Shown one piece after another: positions 56,711-64,000 of a stretch of DNA of 64,000 nt (positions are counted from its first letter, which is position 1; the number at the start of each line of letters is the position of its first letter). A program made the translations under genes and the position numbers. The notes under the pieces are model-generated. The model worked only from the letters and a program-made list of their open reading frames with translations, was not told the DNA's origin and did no database searches. The DNA comes from the human T2T-CHM13v2.0 reference genome, Homo sapiens: NCBI RefSeq assembly GCF_009914755.1, contig NC_060929.1; one strand, written 5' to 3'.

Positions 56711-57445
56711 TGTTGGGGCACAGAAAATGATACCTCAAAATACAATGCTTTGGCATTTTGAGTGTTAGAATTAAAGAAAATTAAAAGGTCTCAGAAATAT
56801 GCCTCAGAACCAAAGTCTCTCTAAGACCTTCCCCTTCCCATCTCTGATCCTTTCTTTCCTGAAGCACATGGAGGAATTCTTTCTGAAAAAATAAATTTCT
56901 TATCTGACTAAAAAAAGCCTGTCTCTAAAAGAAATGCAATTGTCTTAAGACCCTTTTCCTAGTAATCTCATCAAATAATCAGGAAAGAATTACCACAGCG
57001 AAGAGAAGAAGCTAGGAGTCCTCACCATGACCAGACAGACTTTTCATCTCTTCCTCGAAGGGCTGCTCCAAGGGTTTACTTGAGGGCCTTTATTTTCACA
57101 ATAAGATGACCTTTGTTCAAAGCAAAGTTCTGCCACTCACCTTCCTGCCACCTCCCCCAGACCTCAGGGAAATTTTGTGCCAGGTCATTATTCTTTGAGC
57201 TCATTCTTTTTTCCCTAAAATACATTTACTTCTATACCTCTCCTGTTCCCTTGTCCTAAGAAGAAGAACCGATAAACATCTGGACCTCATTGGGTTATTG
57301 GGTAATTATACTCATGTAATTCCTCCATGTTATGTTTGGTAAATATATTTTGCATATTTTTTCTCCTATTAATCTGCCTATTGCCACTTCATTTTTGGTG
57401 AGTCTTCATAGAACAAAGGGGAAGCTGTCTGTCTTTGACCCTACT
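56711..57445 (+). mobile_element. MER39 ERV1 solo LTR
   Basis: TGTTGGGGCACAGAAAATGATACCTCAAAATA...TTGACCCTAC; flanks ATTA/GTTA. Confidence 0.82.
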
Positions 57446-57942
57446 GTTATCAGAAATAAATGTAATCTTATAAGTTGATGCCTCTGTATGGGCAAAGCTA
57501 GCCAAATTTTGTTTTTTCCTCCATCATACTCAGATGAATGTGAATTTCTATTTATTATTATGTATTTTCAATATAATGGATCAGAAGAACAATCTAGAAG
57601 TTGATAGACTTAAGGATATTAACTTTGCCCCATTTAATATTAAGCTATAAAAAGTGTTAAATTGAATTTAGCCTAAAGTTGCTTCCTTATATATTTTAAG
57701 ATTGACATAAAGATTTCTTTGTAAAAGCAAACTATAGCCAATCTGAATGTACAAACAACCTGTACCCTACTCTTGTAGCAATTACCAAGTTTCAGGCAAT
57801 TAAAGGAAGCCAACTGTTTAAACCAAGTTCAAATAAGGCAAACGCCAAGTTGTAACCAATCGAGCTGTTTCTGTATCTCATTTCCATTTATTTACATCAT
57901 TTTTCTTTTTTTATCCATAAATCCTCTTTGACTCAGCATCAG

Positions 57943-58573
57943 TGGTACTGGAAAGGGGTCCTGATCCAGACCCCAAAAGAGGGTTATTGGATCTCATGCA
58001 AGAAAAAATTTGGAGGAGAATCCATAAAGTGAAAGCAAGTTTATTAAGAAATTAAAGGAATAAAAGATTGGCTGCTCCATAGGCAGAGCAGTAGCTTGGG
58101 CTGCTGGACTAAGGATATTTATACTTAGTTCTTGATTATATGTTAAACAAGGGGTAAATTACTCATGAGTTTTCTGGGAAAGGGGTAGGCAATTCCTGGA
58201 ACTGTGGGTTCCTCCCCTTTTTAAACCATACTGTGTAGCTTCCTGACCTTGTCATGGCGTTTGTAAACTGTCATGGTGCTGGTGGGAGTGTCTTTTCGCA
58301 TGCTGATGCATTATAATTAGCATATAATGGGCAGTAAGGATGACCAGAAGTGACTTTCCTTGCCATCATGGTTTTGGTGGGATTTACCTGGCTTCTTTAG
58401 TGCAATCTGTCTTATCAGCAAGGTCTTTATGATGTGTATTTTGTGCTGACCTCCTATCTCATCCTGTAACTTAGAATGCCTATCCTCCTGGAAGTGCAGC
58501 CCAGTAGGTCTCAGCCTTATTTCACCCAGGCCTTATTCAAGATGGTGTCATTCTGGTTCAAATGCTTATGACA
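57943..58573 (-). mobile_element. MER41B solo LTR
   Basis: GGAAAGGGGTCCTGATCCAGACCCCAA...GTGAAAGCAAGTTTATTAAG...TTCAAGATGG...CTGGTTCAAATGCTTATGACA; 631 bp; flanks TCAG/CCAG. Confidence 0.85.
58172..58201. promoter_or_regulatory. Tandem GAS (STAT-binding) motifs
   Basis: TTCTGGGAA (58172-58180) and TTCCTGGAA (58193-58201) both fit TTCN3GAA; function not shown. Confidence 0.6.
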
Positions 58574-59829
58574 CCAGTGCCAGAGTAGCTTTGACTCTCT
58601 TCTGGTTGAAGGGCTACCCAATTTGCAAATCATTCTTTATGCAATTAAATTGTTAAATTAAATTTGTCTAAAGTGTTTCTTCTAACAAAAGTAACAGCTA
58701 GCTTTTTGATACTAAACTTGTAATGATAATTCATTGTTTTTGCTAAAATTTTAGGTTTGCATTTACATTCTATGCAAAGAAGCTGCTAATTTTAGACATC
58801 TTTGCTTTATCTTTTTCCAAAAAGTTTGTTAAACATTATTGTGCAGATGTCACTATATTAGAAATGTACACAACTATTTGGTGCCTTATTGATACCATGA
58901 GAGCCTTCTTTTGTTTATTTACTTACACTGAACAACCTAACCACTCATATAGAGACTAATATGAAGGAAGAAGTCATATATAGATTCCTTCATGATAGCA
59001 AAGCCCAGACAGTAAATTGAGCTCTACCCCAGATTAAATATAAATTTCTTCCCTTCATTAAAGTTCTCATAGAGATATCTTAATCAAAGTAAAATTTTTC
59101 TCCATTTTTGGAATGTCCTAAATAAAAATAATGCAAAGTACAGCATCTTTATTCTTTTTATTAAACCTTCTTAATCTCTACAGATTGAACTCAGCCATTA
59201 CTCTACGAGGAAGAGAAAGAGTGACTCAAGTTTCCTTCTTAAACTACTACAGATTTGACAGTCAAATCTCCTTCAGGGATTCAGAAACTGAATAAAGTTA
59301 GTTGGAATTGCTGCATATGTTGCCAATTAAACCTTTTCATGTCCCAGTCCTCTAAAGTTACAAAGAATAAATAGGACAGCTAAGAGTATCATCTTATTTG
59401 AGACAATTTTTTAAAATATTTAGTAATATAGCATGTACCAACTCTCCTTGCTGCCAGTCATATATATTTTCCATGTATGTATGCCAGTCATAATTAATGT
59501 CCAAGTATGTGTGTACTGTGTGTGTGAGAGTGTATATGTCCGTGTGTATACATAATTTCCATATGGATATATAGATATATAGGTTTCCATATCATTTCCA
59601 AGTCGTAAGACTATGTCATTCGGTTTGGTGTGTACCAGTTGTGCACTCAAAAATGGTTGGGAGGAGATGCAACTAACCACTTTAAATTTGTTAGAGAATT
59701 CTGAAAGGATCAGGAGAGAGCTAGGAGACAGTAACCTTGGTACTGCATGTCAGTAATGGGCAGTGATTCATAAGAAGTTAATAGTAGCTCTCTAGGGCAA
59801 AGACTTTGAAGTTGGGTGAAACAAAAATA

Positions 59830-60978
59830 GGAAGTGCAGTCACTGAAAATGGCAGAGCAGGTAGTTCCAAGAACTTGTCCCATCGCAGAAACAACATGCA
59901 CACACACACAAAAAGCAAAAATCAAAAACTGTCAATCAACTTTGTTGAAACTGAAAAATAGTCAAAGGTTCAAAGGTTTAGAGCAAGCAAGTGCTGAATC
60001 AAGAATCAGTGGATTTAGAAAATAAGTTTTGCAGCAGTTTAGCTTTCCTTTGTCCCTGCCCCCAACCCCAGCTTGGCAGTAGCCTTAAATACAGCGATCT
60101 GTGTTTCCAGTCCGTGGTTCCAGAGGGAGCAGAGCAGACCTTGTTCTCAAAGAATTGCATATTTGTTTTGACCAGTTTTGGGGCTACCGGAAAGACAGAA
60201 GCAAGAAGCTCGTCTTTGTTTCACCTAATTTGGAAGTCTCTCAGAGCAGAAAACTAGCTACTAGGCAGAGGGCATCACTCAAAAATAGTGAAAGGGAAAT
60301 GAACAATTTGCTGCTGCCTGGGGCAAATGGTTACTACGGAGCCAAATGAGATATGCTGAAAACGTGGGATGAGGATGAGAGACTCTTAGAATTAGGGAGT
60401 TATAAAGCACTCTTCTGTACTAAAAATTTAGTAAACCACAGAAAGCCTAGGAAAGCATACATGCTTAGAAAAGACCTAGGCTTTCATTTGTGGCAGATCT
60501 TTAGGCTCAATGCAAGCAGGAAGCAAAGGCTAAGACAGATATGTAGAGGCCCTGGCTGAAAGCTGAAAACGTATCCCAACACTGTTTTTTAAATCATCAT
60601 TATTATTATTGTCTCCGATGTTCAAAGAAATCTCTGAGCAAACACTATTTGTCCACAAGCTAAAGAAACAGATTTTAGAGACCGTATGTGAGGAATACGG
60701 TCATTTTAACAGTTATAAAAATAACTAAACAAGCAAACAACTACATCCCAGGCCAAGGGTAAAAACAACAACAAAACACTGAACAAGGGGATCATTTTGA
60801 TTTCCAGAGTTAGCACATTACACTGTTTAGAAAGTCCTCTTTCTTAACAAGAACAACAAAATGCAAAGTGTTTGAAGAAACAAGATAAAATGATCCTTTC
60901 ACAGGATAAATTAATAGAAAACGTCCCTGCAGAAGCAGACTTTGGGCTTACTAGATAAAGACTTCAAATCAACTGTTT
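59830..60978 (+). mobile_element. Old L1M (L1M4-like) 5' UTR/ORF1 start
   Basis: AAAATGGCAGAGCAGG...AAAACTGTCAATCAACTTTGTTGAAACT...; TTGATTTCCAGAGTTAGCAC; GGCTTACTAGATAAAGACTTCAAATCAACTGT. Confidence 0.65.
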
Positions 60979-61046
60979 CCTTAAAAAAGTTAAACAAAAA
61001 AAATGCCTGCTCTTCAAAAGTTACACATAGACTTACCACATGACCC

Positions 61047-61089
61047 ATCACTTCTATGTATCACTCCTATGAATCACTCCTATGTATCA
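61047..61089. repeat. 13-bp tandem repeat, 3.3 copies
   Basis: ATCACTTCTATGT ATCACTCCTATGA ATCACTCCTATGT ATCA. Confidence 0.9.
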
Positions 61090-61327
61090 ACCCAAAAGAA
61101 TCAAAAACAGGTATTCAAAGAAGTACTTGTACAAAGATATTTATGGCAGCATTATTTACAATAGCAAAATAGTGGAAGTAACTCATGTCCATCATTAGAA
61201 GAATAATAATTTGGCATATACATACAATGAAATTCAACTACAAAAAGGAATGAAGTTCTGATACTTGATACAGCATGGGTGAACAATGAAAATATGCTAA
61301 CAAAATAAGTAAAAAAGGTCACTTGTA

Positions 61328-61760
61328 TGTGAACCCCCAAAATTTAAGACAGGTCTCAGTTAATTTACACACTTTATTTTGCCAAGGCTGAAGACGTGCG
61401 CCCATGACATAGCCTCAGGAGGTCCTGATGACATGTGCCCAAGGTGGTCAGAACACAGTTTGATTTTATACATTTTAGGGAGACATGAGACATCAATTAA
61501 GATGGGACAACTTGAAGCAAAGGCTGGAAGACTTGAAGTAGGGAGGAGGCTTCCAGGTGTAGATAAGAGAAAAATGGTTGCCTTCTTTTGAGTTTCTGAT
61601 TATCCACTGCAAAGGAGGCAATCAGATATGCATTGATCTCAGTGAGCAGAGGGGTGACTTTGAATAGAACGGGAGGCAGGTTTGCCCTAAGCAGTTCCCA
61701 GCTTTACTTTTCCTTTTAACTTAGTGATTTTGGGGCCCCAAGATTTATTTTCCTTTCACA
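61328..61760 (-). mobile_element. MER4A1-like ERV1 solo LTR
   Basis: TGTGAACCCCC...GACAGGTCTCAGTTAATTTA...GCCTCAGGAGGTCCTGATGACATGTGCCCAAGG...AGATTTATTTTCCTTTCACA. Confidence 0.85.
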
Positions 61761-62019
61761 ATTCCTTTGACATGAGGTATCCAGAGTAATTAATCTTTAG
61801 ACAGATTGGTAGTCCTCAGAGCTTGAGTGAAGAGGAAGAAAGTGGGAATGAGTGCTTAATAAGTAGATTTTCTTTTTAGGTGATAAAAACGTTTTTGGAG
61901 TATTAAAAGTGCTAGTTGCACACCATTCTGAAAATAATAAGTGCCACTAAATTGTGTTCTTTCATAGGTTTTGTTATATTAATTTCACTTTAGTGACAGA
62001 AATATTTAAGAAAAAAGTG

Positions 62020-64000
62020 ATTGGGAGATTTCTGCTACCAAAGAAGAGTACTGTAGGAAGATGAAGGCCAATATTTGTTTCAAGAACCAGAAAACTATTT
62101 CACATAAATGACAAGAATTGTGGGTTTTTTTGTGGTATCCAAGATCTGTAGAAATGATCATGACTTGTTGAACTAAAATTAAAAAGAAAAAGAAACTTTC
62201 TGGATTGAGCTAATTGTTATTGGCTAGTTTTTCCAACCTGGGGACGCTGGTCACACCTGGGCAGGAGCTAAAGGTCTAGCTTAGTTGAGGCAGAGGTCCG
62301 TTGCCAGGGGACAGATGCCAGCAAAGCTCTAAGTGTTAGAGGAGGGCTGGAGAAAAAAACTAAAATCTCAAGGGCTTTCAAGCATACTACCAAGATTATC
62401 AGTGGTAGTTTCCTGAGTTCTGGAGCACAGAGAAGACTTAAGAGTGGCCAATCTTTCAAACTGGCAGAATAAAATCTCCAGTAGTCATTAGATGCCCAGA
62501 AAACAAAGACATGCTAAGAGTGGTGCTTCCAACGTATTCACTGTTGTATCCCTTGTAAAATATTTGCTGGAATTTGCAGCAGTGTGTGGTGACAAGTGGA
62601 GAAATGGCCTGGGAATATCACAGGGTATCACTGAATCTTCCTTCATGGCTGAGGTGAGGGTGCCTTCATACTCACAGTCAAAAGTCTAGGTGGGTACCAC
62701 TCTAGAAAGAACAGCAAACCAGAAAATTCTTACTAAGCCTGCAATCCATTCCAATCCAGCTCCATATTTGATGGGATTGGAATGATAACTAGATTGTATT
62801 GCCTAACAGTTAAGGTCCTAGACATTGTAGTGTGAACAATAGGGGGAGAAAAACATAAGAATTGGAAAAGAAGGGTAAAAACTGTTATTAATCACAGAGT
62901 ATGTGATGGTACACTATGTAAAATTCAAAATAATTTAAAGACAAATGTTAGAATCCGAAAGTGAATTTTCTAGGGTTGCTGGCGTAATGACCATATGACA
63001 AAATGCACATTTCTAAGTAAAGAATGGCTGAAATATTAAAACAAAAATTAGAAAATATTCTTAAGTGGATTATAGTGAAAATAATGTACTGAAATAAATG
63101 GCATAAAGCTAAAGAAGTGCTTATGGAAAAATTCATGGCCATAAAAGCTATATATTTTCAAAAAACATAGGCTAAAATTAAATTACTTAAGATTTCACCA
63201 TAAGAAACTAAGCAAAAAACAGCAAAACATGTTTATAGAAAGTAGAAGAAAATAAATAATAAAGATAAGAACAGACCAATTAAATTGAATACAAATTGAA
63301 AAGATATATTTATAGCAGCATCAAAAATATAACATGCTGAGAAATAAATCCAAGAAAACATATTTAGGGCTCTATCTTGAGAACTATAAAACTCAACAAA
63401 TATAAGAATACTTAAAGAAATTGAGTATATATCACACAAATAGATGGAAAGACTTGATATTTTAAAGATGGAAATGATCTATAAATTAGAGTACAGTATA
63501 TGCAATCATTATCAAAATGCCAGAAATATACAGTTTGTATGTCTGTGTGTAAATTGATGAGCTGATTCCTAAATTTGTATGGTGTTTTAGAAGGCAAACA
63601 TTTTCATGGCAGCCTCAAAGTAGAACAAAGCAGAAAGACTCACAATAACAAATATCAAACTGAGTAATGGAAAAGAATTGAAAGTCTATAAATAGATCAA
63701 TATACATGTGTTTACCTGATTTATCAAAAAGACAACACTCTGTTACAGTGGGGAAAAGCCAATCTTTTTGGTACATTGTGTTAGGTATATTGGCTATGAA
63801 TGTGGACAAACACATTTCTGATTGTCTAGCAGTTCTACTCCTGAGTGAATGCTGAATAGAAATGGAAGCATATTTATACATACACACAGCACATGCACAC
63901 CCACACATACACACAACATTGTCTAAATGTATTTATCGCAGCTTCATTCATGATAAACAAAGAAAAGAAAGCTACTCAAATGCTTATTTATAGCATGTAG
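62020..64000 (+). mobile_element. Fragmented old L1ME-type sequence
   Basis: A-rich ORF2-like pieces (GCTAAAGAAGTGCTTATGGAAAATTCATGGCC; GTAAATTGATGAGCTGATTCCTAAATTTGTATGG; TTTATCGCAGCTTCATTCATGATA). Confidence 0.6.

Larger units (their letters stand above)
57655..58687 (+). mobile_element. MER57-family ERV1 LTR split by MER41B
   Basis: TGTTAAATTGAATTTAGCCTAAAG...TTCAAATAAGGCAAACGCCAAGTTGTAACCAATC...; resumes at 58574 and ends TTTGTCTAAAGTGTTTCTTCTAACA. Confidence 0.82.
61012..61992 (+). mobile_element. L1MB-type 3' end, interrupted by MER4A1
   Basis: GCAGCATTATTTACAATAGCAAAATAGTGGAA...AAAAGGAATGAAGTTCTGATAC...TAGTTGCACACCATT...GTGCCACTAAATTGT. Confidence 0.8.

Overview
AT-rich primate genomic DNA, almost certainly human, because it carries a near-consensus AluYa5 with all five diagnostic bases. 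I find no credible protein-coding exon, RNA gene, CpG island or prokaryotic feature. The listed ORFs are either chance ORFs or decayed transposon ORFs (Tigger2 transposase, ERVL pol, L1 ORF2). The window is a dense collection of old transposon insertions. It holds about a dozen Alus, old L1M and L2 pieces, Tigger2 and Tigger3b DNA transposons, and an unusually heavy LTR load (about 27 LTR/ERV elements, roughly one third of the window by my hand tally). These include a two-LTR MER31-group provirus, a HERVL18/32-type remnant, a HERV16 remnant, and solo LTR17 (HERV-W), LTR7 (HERV-H), LTR2B, LTR8-type, MER39 and MER41B copies. Family names come from my recall of consensus sequences, not from a RepeatMasker run, so subfamily calls and old-element boundaries are approximate. 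I cannot support a new biological system here. The most notable sequence-level observations are: (1) a perfect 46-bp inverted templated copy at a deletion junction (237-282 vs 392-437); (2) a ~62-bp ectopic copy of ERV internal sequence found 5 kb away, next to a perfect 20-bp duplication (29236-29379); (3) a MER41B LTR retaining both tandem STAT/GAS motifs; and (4) a young, possibly polymorphic AluYa5.
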